Source of the DNA: Amphiscolops sp. MND2022
Taxonomy: Eukaryota
Length of the DNA: 64,000 bases
Assembly: GCA_964187785.1 (NCBI GenBank)
Contig: OZ076409.1
Coordinates: 52,640,001 to 52,704,000, forward strand
Direction: 5' to 3'
Position 1 is the stretch's first letter, and each line of letters begins with the position of its first letter. The translations under genes were made by a program, and so were the position numbers. This document shows, one piece after another, positions 11,569 to 24,600 of this stretch. The notes beneath the pieces were generated by a model. That model was not told where the DNA came from. It did not search any database and saw only the letters and a list, made by a program, of their open reading frames with translations.

Positions 11569-14500
11569 TTAGGAGACTCTAGCAATCACAGCTGGTGGTT
11601 TGAATAAAGCGACTTGAATGAAGAGTATTATTAAAAAGAGTGAACAAACTAGATTGGTAGAAAATGGTAGAAAAAGAAGTGTCTTTGTCGTTGAGAGCTG
11701 TGATACCCATTCAATGCTGCAAGGTTCTCGTTTCTTGTTGACTTTGTTATTGGTTGATTTCTTGATTGTTTCCATGGGATACTTCCGCTGGCAGGAATAA
11801 TGATAGCCGATGGACTGGCCTTACGTATGATTCTCTTTGGGTCTGGATCTCAACAACGCGGGTGATTTGGTCATTCCCATCAAAAACTTTGATGACTTTA
11901 GCTATCGGCCACATCATTGGTGACGTGTTGTCGTCCTTCAAGAAAACGATGTCTCCAATCTGTAGATTTCTTGTTCCGCTGTCCACTTAGTTCGCTGTTG
12001 AAGAGTTTTGAGATATTCTAGGGACCATCGTTTCCAGAAGAAATCCTTTGCTTGTTGACGTTGTTGGAATCTTCTGAGGTCTGTTTTGTCGGATGGGTCA
12101 ATGTCTGGCACTGTTAGCAGTGGTCGTCCAATGAAGAAATGTGCAGATGTTAATGTTGGAAAATCGTTTGGGTCCTTAGATCGTGAAATTAATGTACGAG
12201 AATTCACTAAGGTTTCACTTTGGGTGGGTAATGTCGTTAATTCGTCTACATGTAGAGTTATCTTTCCTGTGGTTTTCAGAAAGTGTCGTTTGAAAGACTT
12301 AACGGCTGCTTCCTAAAGACAACTGAAACCGGGTGAACGTGGTGAATCTTGCGGTAGGTTGTAGGGGTTCAAGGGATTCGTGAAATTTTTGTTCTGCTAA
12401 CTTTCGTTGTTTTTCAAGTTCAGCCTGCGATCCTATGAAAGTGCGGGAATTGTCACTTTAGATGGCAATTGGTAGTCCGCGGCGAGCAAAAAACGTTCTA
12501 CGGTAGAAAGGTAAATTATAGGCTTCTGTGCTGATTGAGTTCACGGATTCTAGATGAACTGCTTTCGTTGAAAAACAAATGAAAATTGCGATGTATACCT
12601 TTACTGTTTTTGTTGCGATAGGGCCGCAATAGTCCAGCCCAGTGTAGCTTAAAGGTGTTGAAGGAGAATACGTTCTTGCGGTAAGTCCCCTATCCGAGGT
12701 TGACCTTGACGGCTGTTGAAGCGAGCACTTTCGGAACATTTTCGAATGATGGATTGGATAAGACGAGTCACATTCGGTATCCAAACTAATTGTCTTAGAG
12801 TTGACAATGTTAGTTGGCAATCTCCAAGAAGGCATTGAACGTGCGTTTCGCGGAATAAGCGTGCGTTGGTAACCGACCGCCGGGATACAATAATTGGAAA
12901 TTTGAAATCCACATGGTATCTGTTGCTGTTGGAGAGATGTCCACCAACTCGAAGGATTTGTTTCTCTTCGTCAAAAAGGGAACAAGGGCCTTAAGTGTGC
13001 TCTTGCGGGGTAACCTTTTGTTTTGTTTGACGACTTCAAATTCTGTGAAGTGCTGTTTTTGAGTCGTTCAGAAAATTCGTAGTCTTGCTTCTTCACTTTC
13101 GTTGGCGGAAGGGGTGGCTGTCCTTTGTAAGTTGTGTGTTGGGTGTCGTGTTCTTCTTTCTTCTGTCTGTTTCTTGTTTTGTTTCACATTTGGAACAAAC
13201 CTAAGGACGAAGGCGAAAATTTTGACGAGCTTCTTGAAACTCGAAACGTTGTTGGCTGCAACGAGTATCACATTGTCGGTATAAGTCGGATCAATGTGAT
13301 CTCCAGGGGTCCAGTATGATTGGTGTGATTGTGAAGAGTTCTTCAGATGTGGTTGTGGTTCCTTCTCTCCTTCTTGGTCGTATTCTTGTCCTTGTTCTTC
13401 CTCTTCATCTTCTTTGTCTTCTTCTTCTCGATCGTCTTCTTGTAATGCTACTGCTGCTTCTTCTTCTAATTTGGTCGAAGCTGAACAGAGTTGTTCAATC
13501 TTTTGTCTTCTTGTAGACTTTCTTCAGGCAAAGCAATGTCGATTTGAGGCCACGCTAAAGCTCGCATGCGTAGCCACTCAGGTCCATGCCACCACAAGCG
13601 GTGACTTTAAAATTTTCGAGGTAAGATTCCTCTACTGTCGCAGTCGCCTGGATTGGATTCAATGGGGACATGTTTCCAGTTTTCTGCCGGGACCGATTTT
13701 CGAATCTTCGCCACGCGATTGGCAACGAAAGTTTTCCAACGACTCGAATGATTCTTTATCCAAGCCAGTGTAATTGCAGAATCGATCCAAGAAAAAACTT
13801 CGAGGTCGGGAAATTGTTCGTCAACCAGGGAAATTCTGATTGATAGGACAAGTTGTGCTCCCAATCGAGCTGTACAGAGCTCTAATCGAGGTACACAAAG
13901 AGTTTTGATTGGTGCCACTCGTGTTTTAGCCACGAGAAGCTGGCTCTGAAAGCGTCCTTGGCTGATGGGTTGACGGATGTAGACACCTGCGGAGAAGACG
14001 GTTGTAGAGGCGCCACAAAAGCAGTGGAGATGAAGCGGGTTCATGGAGGGCTCATTCGTATGAAAAATGAATCTGGCGGTGTCGATGTCTTCGATTGATT
14101 TGAGATCGCCACTGAGATGGTTGTTTTGTTGTGTGAGGTTGTGATTCAATGGTTGATCCCACGACGAGTTATCCAACCGAAGTGTTTGAATGATTGACTT
14201 TAATTGGATGACCAACAGGTCAAAGATGCTGGTGACCTCGGAAAGTATTTGTCGTTTCGTTTGTGGGGATTTATCGGCCGATTTCACGTTGAAGGTGAAG
14301 ACGTCCTGTTTTTGGTTTCCGGACGACACCAAGTGTTTTCATAGAGTATTCTTCAGACTCGAAGTGTTTGGTGGCAGATGATTCTCGATAGGTATCGGGA
14401 AGGCGTTCAACGAGTGAAAGATCACTCGATGACCACTTACGTAATGAAAACCAGCTTTAGCTAGATGTTTGATGAGAGCGTCTTGCAATACTTCAGCTTC

Positions 14501-17200
14501 TTCTTTGGAGGAGGTTCCTGTTGATAAATCGTCGACGTACATGTCGAATTTGAGCGCTAGGGCGGCGGTGGGGTACTGTATTGTTTCGGCTACTTCGAAC
14601 AGAGGTCGTATGGCATGGAAACCAGCTGATGTCTCATTGTAAGTATTTTGGGTCATACGGTAGTCTTTTAGAGTTGACGACGGTGTTTCTTTCATGAGTA
14701 GTCTGTGAAAATCTTTGTCTTCTTGTCGAGAAGTATACCTGACGGTACATTTTGTCAATGGTGGCTGACAAAACCACTTTGTGAAGTCTGAACATGATCA
14801 AGATAAGATCTCGAAGAAGGCCTTTTGGATAATTGGACCAGGCATGAGGTTGTCGTTTAGTGGAACTCCTGAGGATTTTTCGCCGAGGTGTCAAAAACCA
14901 CACGAAGATTGGTTGTCGTGCTGGATCCCTTGAGGACACAGTGGTGTGGCAAGTTAAAAGAACTGCTGGATGCGATTGGGATTTCGGCTTCCGGGATTTT
15001 CTCCATGTGTCCAAGATCCAAAAATTCCTCGATGACGGCTGCGTATCTAGTATAGAGGTTCTCGTTTTTGGAGAGTCAGTAGAGAAGTGTTTCGAGGCGA
15101 AGTTTTGCTTGCTGAAAAGAGTCACCAAGGGGTATGGGTTCTTCTTTGGAAGGGAGTTTGACGATGAATAGTCCATCTTCTTTTAGAGTTGTGGTTTGTT
15201 GAAAGTGTTGTTCGCAAGCTTGTTCTTCTTTGGTGAAGAGATGGCTTTGGGGAAGATCTTCAATCTCCCAAAACTTCTTGAAGCTTTCTTCGCCGGAAAT
15301 TGAACTCAATAAGCTGAGGCATGTTGTAAAGGTTTGAATTGACACCGAAGGCGAACCTCCAATGACAACCCAACTAAACAATTAAGCACGGTATGTTACA
15401 TTGTTGTTTTTCTTGATCCGTGCATCCAACATGATGGTTTCATTAAGTTCAGCTCCGATGAGCATGTCAATTCCAGAAGGTGTGTTGAATGTTGGATCGG
15501 CGAGCTTGAGATTAGGAAGATGCTCGAAAGACGACGTGGAAACCTTGCATGAAGGCAAGATGTTGGTGAGTTTTGACATTACAAAGGCTCTCACTGGAAT
15601 AGCTGCTACTCTCTCTGGGGTGTGATAAGGACGTCTGTGGTTCCTCCATGTTGTAGCTCAAGCTTGGCGCCCAGACCAAAGATTCGCACTTGTTGTTTCT
15701 TCGCTGGAAGACCTAGTCGCGTGACTAGATTCTCAGTGATGAGGTTACTTTGGGTACCTGAGTCGAGAAGTGCTCGGCAAAGTGTCGTATCACCATTCAC
15801 TAAAATTGGTATCATGGCTGTTTGCAGGAAGACTGTTCAGGTTGTTTGATGAGAGAGCGAGGTAGCAGTGAACTGTTCTGGTGGTGGTGATGCTGTATTA
15901 AATGTGTTTTCTGATTCATTGTATCGAGTGTTATCTGCGACTGTACTAATGACAGAACGTGCTTGTCTTGGTGATTGCAGATGAAGTAGAGTGTGATGCT
16001 CCAGATTGCAAGTTCTACATGTTGTTTTTCTGCATTCTGGTTGTCGGTGACCTGCTCGTAAGCAACTGAAGCAAAGTTTTTTTGAGTTTGACGAACTCAG
16101 CTCGATTGAGTACCGAAAGTTTCTTATAATTTGGGCAGAGATGTAATTTGTGAGTGCCTTTGCAACTCCCGCAGTTGGTTTTGTTCGTTTTTGTGTTGGT
16201 GTTGTAGCTCCGTTGAGAAGAGTGCGATTGTTGGTAGTTGTTTTGACGAGTTGTAAATCAATGTTGTGGTGAACTAGTTGGCGCTGAGAGTGTCGATGCT
16301 TCCAGAGCCAAGCATCGAACTTCCAGAAGTTTTTTCAAGTCGTTGTAGGTTTGACGATCTGTCCCAGGCGCTGAGAGTTCCCAAAACTTCCTCGTGTAGG
16401 TAGGGAGTTTTTTGTGACGAAGTATACTAGAAAATCATCTTGTTGGTCGACTGGTTGGCCCATCATCTCCAGGGTCAATCGATGTTCTTCAACGAATTCT
16501 AAAAATTGACGGAGATCTTAAGCTGTTTCGTTGGTAAGATTTTTCTGTGTAGAGATGGCATGTACATGAGCGCGTAAAATCATGCGGTTGTTTTGGTAGC
16601 GACCTCCCAACAACTTCAAGGCGACAATGTAGTGAGCATAAGTGATTGTTACTGACGCTAGAAGCTTCGCTGCATCGCCCTTCAAAGATACTTGAGATAC
16701 CGTAGTTTCTGACTGTTCACTAGGGTTCCGTTGTTGTGAACTGCTCCAGTGAACTAGTCGAAGAATGTGGCCCATGAAAGATTGTCTCCTGAAAATGATG
16801 GCAGATCCACTTTAGATAACTTGGCTGTAGTTAAAGGTGGCGTGCTTCTCGTGGTTGTTGCTGATGTTGTTCCACGTACAGTTGGTGTGTTGCTTCTGAT
16901 GAATCGGTCTATCTAGTCTAGTTGTTGAACTAATTTATCGTCGATTTCTTCGGATAGCAGAATGTCGGTTTCCAGGTTTTCTTCGTTGTCGAATTGCTTT
17001 GAATTTGTTGATTGAGGTCGTTTAGAAAGGTTTGTTTTCTCGAGGGTTTTTGTGTAGTTGTTCCAATCGGGTAACTGCATCGGTGATGGTTACAAAGCGC
17101 GTTGGCAAAATAACGGACTCTGCTTCTGTCCAGTATTCAGTAGCGACTGACTTGTGGGAAGCAGGTCTTGCATTTCAATCTCTGTTATTCTGGATCTATA
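11569..17200 (-). mobile_element. Degenerate BEL/Pao LTR retrotransposon internal region
   Basis: DUF1759-like gag (SLKGDAAKLL), CCHC knuckles near 16.0-16.2 kb, protease ALLDSGTQSNLIT, RT YVDDL, Pao RNase H (HCFCGAS; LLVAKTRVAP; PRLELC), integrase GLDYCGP..KAVHLE, DUF5641-like tail (WKRWSLEYL; IGDIVFLKDDN..WPIAKV); LTRs and PBS not found. Confidence 0.92.
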
Positions 17201-17319
17201 ACTCTTTAGTTTTTTTGAAGTTGTTTCTGTGTTTTTGTTTTCTTCAGTTGGATAACTGTACTTCACGTTTCTTTGGACTTTGAGCTAGCCTTGACTTTAA
17301 ATACTTTGCGAGAACCTTG

Positions 17320-17500
17320 ATATCTTTGAATAGTGACGAATACTGCTTTAACTACTTTGATGTTGATCTTTACAAAGTTTAATTCTTTGAAAACTGACGA
17401 AGACTGCTTTGAGTTTTTTTAAGTTTCTCTTTACAAACTTTGAATCTTTGAACACTGACGAAAATTGCTTTGAATAACTTTGAATTTGTCTTCACAAACT
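17320..17500. repeat. About 61-bp tandem repeat (3+ copies) upstream of BEL gag
   Basis: TCTTTGAA.A.TGACGAA.A.TGCTTT recurs near 17322, 17384 and 17445. Confidence 0.8.
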
Positions 17501-17911
17501 TTAGATGCGTCGATTTTTCAAACTTTGGAAACTTGTGAATTTCTTAAAGTTGAAATACTTCGTATGTACTGGAAAGTATTCTGTACGGATTGACGTTACA
17601 TGTTTGAAACTTTGATTGGGGAGAAAAGAAATTTTTCCAAAATTTTTGGAAGGTTAGGTTGTTTAAATAAGCTTGTTTTAAAAATAATTCGCAAGCTTAT
17701 TTTGTCAGTAAACATTGATTTTTGTTCAATGAAATTTTTCAATGGCCACCAAACAATTGTTTGAATAAGGCGACTTAAATGAAGAGTAGTATTTACAAAA
17801 GTGAACAAACTAGAAAAAGGGTAGCAAGAAGTCAATACGAGTTTGAGTTTCAGAGTCTTGAGCTTTGGAGTTTTTACTATCAACAGCTGGTATTTCTGTT
17901 TTGACAGTATG

Positions 17912-19124
17912 TGTAACGGCACCCTCTGGTACACCACAATTAGTTTGTTTCTGAAACTTGAACATGTTCTGAAATTTGGTCAAAAATTCTAATCCGATCT
18001 GTGACGACGCACTAGGCATGTATGTTATTGCTTTTTTGCTGTTGCCGACATTTTCAATGCGAAACGACAACGAGAGCAGACTGAGCAAAAACACAGAGCA
18101 CGAAGTGCCCTGAGAGCCCATAGAGACTCTGAAAACCTCGACAAAGACATCTTTTAGTCGGCGCTTCATGAAGTGAAACGCGACTGTTATCGTGACTCTC
18201 GTTTTTTTCTTTTTTTCAATCGACACGAAGTGGCCAAAATAGTTCTTAAAAGTTCTAACAAGTACTATGGTATCAAATTGCTCCATTTGGCCTAGCGAAC
18301 TGAACCAAAAAGTTATTCCTGTTTTCCCGCATAACATATCATACCATGATGTCTTGCGGCAGAATGGATGTTGAAAAACCTCAAAGGGTCCCCCTTTCAA
18401 CTGCGATAAAAATTTTGACAATTTCGGAAATGTCCCCTTTTTAGCGCGCCAGGGGCTCGCGCTAGCGGGCTCCGGCGCGCCACTCGGTCCAATTTTTTGC
18501 TTTTTCGATTTTCGAGTACTGTAAATTGACACTTGGAAGTCCTTTTACTATTTTTGAGCCTTGGATATGGCGCCGACGTGGGCCGGTCCCGGCTTGTTTG
18601 TTGCTAACAACGGGTTTTCATCGATTTTCAGCAATATTCTAACCTAGAGAGCGGAAACCGTAAAAATGAGTCTCCTCTTTTTGCCTAAAGATCTTTGTTT
18701 GGTACTTGGATCTCCTGCGCCCCAGCTTGTAGCTGTGTGGTCTGCCAGATTGATGCGTACTTTGAGGTATTTTCACTGTTTTTAGCTGTATTTGCTAGTC
18801 CGAGAACTGAACCAGTTTTTGCAATTTTAGACGTTATTCCGATGTCCCCTGGAACTGAAAATTTACTTTATCCTTGGCATAGTTTTAATGTTTTAGTTAA
18901 AGTTCTTTAGAGAGTCAGGAAGATGCCCGTTACTATTAGCAATCAAAAATCAAAGGACCGGTTGGACTGTATTCGTCGAAGCACTCACGGCCCGGGACAT
19001 ATTTCACCCCTGGAGGCAAAATGGACCTGTGGCGATGGACGCCTGTCCGAGCGATACACCCATTTCTGCAGGTTCCTCCATCTCAGATAACGCGTTAAGC
19101 GACCGATCACAGCTTGCTGTTACA
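17912..19124. repeat. LTR-like element (family C), interrupted by an H1 insertion
   Basis: TGTAACGG...CTGTTACA; colinear with 19506-20241 once 18152-18598 is removed. Confidence 0.75.
18152..18598 (+). mobile_element. Helentron/DINE-1-like element (family H1) nested in an LTR
   Basis: 5' TTTT-AGTCGGCGC; 3' subterminal inverted copy GGCGCCGAC, then GCCGG-TC-CCGGC hairpin and TTGTT; absent from the sister LTR; inserted in a T run without TSD. Confidence 0.75.
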
Positions 19125-19505
19125 ATTTGCAGACATGTTTTGTCGTAAACTGTATGTTCTCATCCACGGGTCCCTCACAAATAGCCAAGCGAGCTATTAG
19201 AAACCGCCAGGTGGAATTAGGTGTTTCCAGCCAATTACAGCTCTTTTAAATCTTTTCAAGAGGTCTGGCTGGAAAATTAACCAACCCTCTCAGTAATTAG
19301 AGGGCTAGCTTCAATGGTATCAAATCATGTTTCTAATTCTTCGTGGAGTCCCCCAGGAGTTAGATTTTTGGCGTGAACGTAGTTCGAGCTCAGACAATTT
19401 TACTGGTCCAGAGCGATTTCCAGGTTGCAATAAATGACTGCCTAAAATTTGAGACTGTCCGTTTTTGGACTGCCGCGAATTTGATGGGAAAGCATTTGTA
19501 CATGT

Positions 19506-20241
19506 TGTAACGGGAACCTCTGGTACAGCAATTTTGCGACTTGGACATGTTCAGAAATTTTGTCAAAAATTCTAATCCGCTGTGTGACGTGGCACTGGGC
19601 ATCTGATTGCTCTTTTCGCTGTTTTCGCCATTTTCCATGCAAAAAGAGGACCGAGCAAGACCGAGCGAGAAGACAGAGAACGAAGAAGCCCATGCGCTTA
19701 TGAAACTCTAGAAATACACTCTTTTTCGAGTGCTAACCCTGGTTTTCTTTGATTTTAGCATTATGGAAACCAGCAAAATGAGTCTTTTGGCTTAATTATC
19801 CATGTTTGGTGCTTGGAGCCCATGCGCCCCAGCTTTTAGCTGTGTGGTTTGCCATATTCGTGCCTATTCTGATGTGTTTTCACTGGTGTTAGCTAGCTCG
19901 AGCGCTAGTTTTGGCATTTTAGACGTTATTCCCCATTTTAGAACTTAGTACCCATGTCACCCTGAAATTGGAAATTTACCTCATTCTTGGCATTGTTTTT
20001 ACAAGCTAGTTAAGCGGTGGTCTTCAGAGAGTCAGGAAGATGCCCGCTACTATTAGCAATCAAAGACTAGGACCGGTTGGACAGTATTCGTCGAAGCACC
20101 CAAGGCCTCGGGACGTATTTCACCCCTGGAGGCAAAATGGATCTGTGGCGATGGGCGCCCGTCCCGAGCGATTTACCCATTTCTGCAGGTTCCTCCACCT
20201 CTGTTAACGTGTTAAGCGACCGACAACAGCTTGCCGTTACA
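19506..20241. repeat. LTR-like element (family C), probable solo LTR of about 736 bp
   Basis: TGTAACGG...CCGTTACA 8-bp terminal inverted repeat; direct repeat of 17912-19124. Confidence 0.78.
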
Positions 20242-20377
20242 TGTCATTACGACGCTCCTGAAAATGATTGTACGGCGTTGCTTAAGTTTAGACCGAAAAT
20301 GGGAATTTGAGCAAACACAGTGGGATTGCAGTTAAATGAAAATTTTCAAAACGCAAAATATGAACAATTTAGTTGTG

Positions 20378-20596
20378 AACAAGACACACGCTAAGCACCG
20401 GGATATTTTCCGCTAGAAATGTAACGCTTCAGCGCTATTATAGTTACTTGACTATTATATAGTCAGTAGTAAAATATTCAAGTAACTAAAGAATAACTAA
20501 GTGGAGTGGAGATAGAGTGTAAATTTGGCAGAATTTGGAAACAAAACGCAACACAGATCATAATTTTCCTCCCCCATTTATGTGGGCGGAAAATAA
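20378..20596 (-). mobile_element. Helentron/DINE-1-like element (family H2)
   Basis: Subterminal inverted repeat TATTTTCCGC / GCGGAAAATA plus terminal AACAAGAC..CGCTAAGCACCGGG. Confidence 0.6.
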
Positions 20597-21373
20597 CAAA
20601 ACCAGGTTGCGAAGTGTGAAGAAAACCAACAGTAAGAATCCACAAAAGACAATGATTGGTACAAACTGTCTTCAAGTCCTTGCTCCCGAGAATTACTTTA
20701 TATATGATGCTTTGAACAAATGCAGTCTGACGGTTGACAAAAAAATTATCACAAAATATTATCTGTTTGTTTTTTAGAAATTTTTCATTCAGTTCCATTA
20801 GAAGCCGCTGGGTTTTGTGTATTGTAGTTGTATTTTTAGTACTTTTCGAGAAAAATGCACAACGTTTACAATGTGAAGTTTTTTCACACTTTCCATCAAT
20901 CTCTGATAAATATCTCTATCGATCTCGTGTGCACGAATTTTCCGTCGCTTGGCAATCAATTTTTCAATCCAAGTTGGTAAAACACTTCATAAAATCTACC
21001 TGTATATATTAAAAAAGTTGTTAAAGTACATGCTAATTTATTCATACAATTGAATACATCACTGGAAAGAATTATATGAACTATTATTTTTTGGGTTAGA
21101 CATTAAAATATACTTCACTCCCAAAGAATATATAATTCTATATTGATAAAGCTATTAAAATATTTTCATGCTAGTTAATATGGTGAGTTATACTGCAATC
21201 AACGATTATCTACAATGTATGATAAAAAAAACGAGATATAACCATCTAATGATACAAAATACAGCATTTATTGGTTATTTTTCTAATACTTTAAACACAA
21301 TCGGACACTTTTCTAAGTTACCCACATCAAAAGATTAGTTGACACAACATGATATGTCTCCATACTCAAACAC

Positions 21374-21600
21374 TCAGGCCGGGATGTTTTTAAGTTCCAA
21401 TTTGGGATCCTGATTTTTGAGCGGTCTTTGTGTGACCGAGTTCTGGCTGAATATTTCCTCGGGAGCTTGGGCAAAGCAGGGGCAGATTTTGTAAAGCCAC
21501 ATTTTGTACGCTCTGAGGAACCCCTTGTGAGTGTATCCATAGATGACAAAGTTGAAAGCTGAGTTTGAATGTGCCCAGAGGTCGCAAAATAGGTAGATTT
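21374..21600 (-). CDS. GPCR last exon (TM7, helix 8, C-tail)
   Basis: Acceptor TTCTTAG; EIYLFCDLWAHSNSAFNFVIYGYTHKGFLRAYK..NIPA-TGA; AATAAA on minus near 21270. Confidence 0.92.
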
Positions 21601-24600
21601 CTAAGAATAAAATCATGACTGTCACAGAAAGTTTTTCGTAATGTAACCCCGAATATATTATTTTGTAGATTATGCAAATTTTAAGGCTCCAAAATAAACT
21701 GATATCGTTTTCTGCAACTTCAAATGATGCACCTTTTTTCAAACTGATTTTACTACACTTTGTATTTCGAAGAGATGCTACAAAAAATATCAAATTAGTT
21801 TTTCCGAAAGTGTTTACACTTCTGAACGTTTTCACAGCCTATAAAACTTGTGTTGAAGTTACATTTATAAATCACAATGTAAGAGTTCGAATGAGAAAGC
21901 AAAACAAAAATGTTTGAAAACTTGTTTTTCAGCGACGTGAGTTTTTCGTCTCGATTCCAATTTCGCTTGATCTAATTAAACCAAAACTGGCAAAAAGAAC
22001 GAAAGAAGTGTGTTTTTGTTGTTACTTAGAAACTAAAAACCTTCGAAATGAAACTAAAAACCAGTCATCAAAGAATGAATAAATGGATATATCTATTTGA
22101 TTACTTGCTTAATTGCTAAATATATCGACTATTAATGTGCTGACTATACTTGTTGACTACTAACCGAAAGGAATTCGATTGGCAAACTCGATGTTGACCC
22201 CAAATAGGAATATGATGACCCCAAAGGGTACCCAGGTCACAACGAAAGCCGCAAATATTGTGACCAAAGAGACCAGAAGCTGTCGCTGCTCCCTTTTGCG
22301 GCGAGTACTGACAGTCTGTGACGCCACCGTTGCTAAAACATAAAAAGTCCCTGGTTTTGTGTTCCGTTAGAGTAGCTATCCAAATATTTTACAGTCGGAC
22401 CTCGGTATAATGAACCATCGAAACAACGTGACTCTCGTTATAACACAATTTGATTTCTAAACCAATGGAAATCACACACTACCCCAAAGAGGCGTGGTAA
22501 ACCGAGGTCTGAAAGTATTTAGAAGAATCCACCAATTTTTCAGTTTACAGTAATTGTATTCCTCGAAAATATGTATAAAATCGCAAAAATGAGTAATCCA
22601 AACTGTTTGAAAACAGAAACGACGAGCTCAAAATATTGATTCATTATGTCCTTCAGATTTTCTTCCAAAAAGTGAAGACCTTGAAAGAGACAGCCGATGA
22701 GACGAACATAAATAAACGCTATGCTCTGAAGTGCTAAAAACCTGGGGATAAATATTTTTGAAGCGAAAAAATCCAAAGAACTTTCTTGTCTCATCTATGA
22801 AAACACTACTGAAAAAATTCTCAGGTCCGAAATGTCGTTTGTTTTGCAAGTTATTTCATATTCTTGAAACTCTTCTTGAAAATCTCTCTATCGAAACTCT
22901 TGGTATAAAATTCAAAGGGTGTGTTGAACAATATCTAATCAAGACTGCCAAGAATAAACGGGATCATGTAAAAATATAAAAGAGTTGGTAAGAGTTTCAA
23001 GATTTTTTGCATGGGGTTCTAATTGTAGTGACTATGCAACAATGCAATAAATTTAGCTATGCATAGTTGCGAATCTTAAAACAGCTTGATGTTTTTGTGT
23101 GCAAATAGTTGGACCCAGATGACATCACGTCGCTGCGTTTACCTGGTTCACATTTTTATGAGTTTATATACCATTTACCCCCAAAGCTTTTACGTCACTG
23201 CTGCGACGTTCAGGATTTCAAATGAGAGCTTCTTGAGTTACCTAATTTGGGCTATTGAATGAAGTGTTGCTTTTAGTCTGCTCTTTCTGCTCTTACAGAG
23301 CAGAACTCTCACTGTCGGTAGCTTTTTATGCTGAAGTCACTGAAAGGTCCACGTTTTAAAATACTTATAAATTTAACAGAAAGTCCTTGGTAGAAATGGA
23401 TGGTAATTTGGCAAATCTTCAACATATCCAATGGGTCCGCCTTTACACTTTTGTATACTTTAAATCATTTACGAGAGTAAAGGGTTCCCCTTCAAGGTTT
23501 TTTAGTACTGAGCAATTTTTACTCAATTGAATTTTTGGTCTTCAAAGATTTTGCTGTCTTCATTCAATAAGTTACCCTACTGGGCTGCATGCTCTCAATG
23601 CTGAGAAAAATGTTCTTAATTGCTTTTAAGGAATCACTCTATGATTTTCAACCTGCAATGATTGATTCTGCAAATGCCAGGAAGAAAAAAAAGTTAGTTG
23701 AAATTTTCAGGAACCTTGTTGAATTCCCTTATGTTGAAAAACGCCCACAGCTGACTTGAAATGTTTCGAAACCTTCTAAATTTTTCGACTTTCAGTTTTA
23801 ATCCATCATGCAGGGAACAAAGTATCATTAGCATGAAAACTTGTTTTTGTCTAAAATTGTTGACCCAATGTTGAAGTAAAAGGAAACCAGATTCTACTTT
23901 TTTGTAACCGATTAAATTTTTGTCATTTTCGATTGAGCACAATTTCGATTGTGCACGGCGATAAATATGTGGCGCTTCAGCGGTTTTTGCTTGGGAATTT
24001 TTAGCTTGAAAAGATTAACCTTAGAAGTTTGCATAATAATATTCAAAAGACTTGGCACTTTGAACACAGACAATAGACATTCAGACTGTAGTTGACATTG
24101 GAAGTTCAAGTGAAAATTTTTCGTTACGTAATTGGGTCTAAGAACGTACATTTAGACGCTTTCATCCATATTCTTACGTAACAGTATGATATAACAGCGA
24201 TGGGCAGGGCCAAGCAGATGCCACTGTACATGATGGAGTTGAACCACCATGCGTTGTCCAGCCGGAAGCTGCAATGCAAGTTGAGGTTGATGAACGCGTG
24301 ACCACTGAGACCCACAAAAGTCAAATTCGGCAGGTCAAGACAGAACACACAGATCCAAATCAGAAGCATGGTCAGAATGGTTCCCTTGAGATTGAAGATC
24401 TTGTCGTATATGTGGTTCTTGCAAACGAAGACAAACCTTAAAACAAAACCAGTTGATCACTGCTGAAAACATGCATTTACTGTCATAACTGTACGTACCC
24501 AGTAGCAACTAAGTGATCAAGCAATGGTCGACTTGAAGCTGTGACTTTAAAATGACTTGCTCGAGGTCAAAGAGGTCTGACTGCTCACCGTTGCTCTTTT

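Noticed and set aside
17810..18532. 240-aa ORF (also 50281-50808 and 47456-47929)
   Set aside because: Chance frames across non-coding repeat elements and their junctions.
10750..20241. Family C repeats as the LTR pair of the BEL element
   Set aside because: Different lengths, high divergence, and no shared TSD, PBS or PPT.
21374..21600. GPCR as an opsin
   Set aside because: His, not Lys, at the retinal-binding TM7 position.
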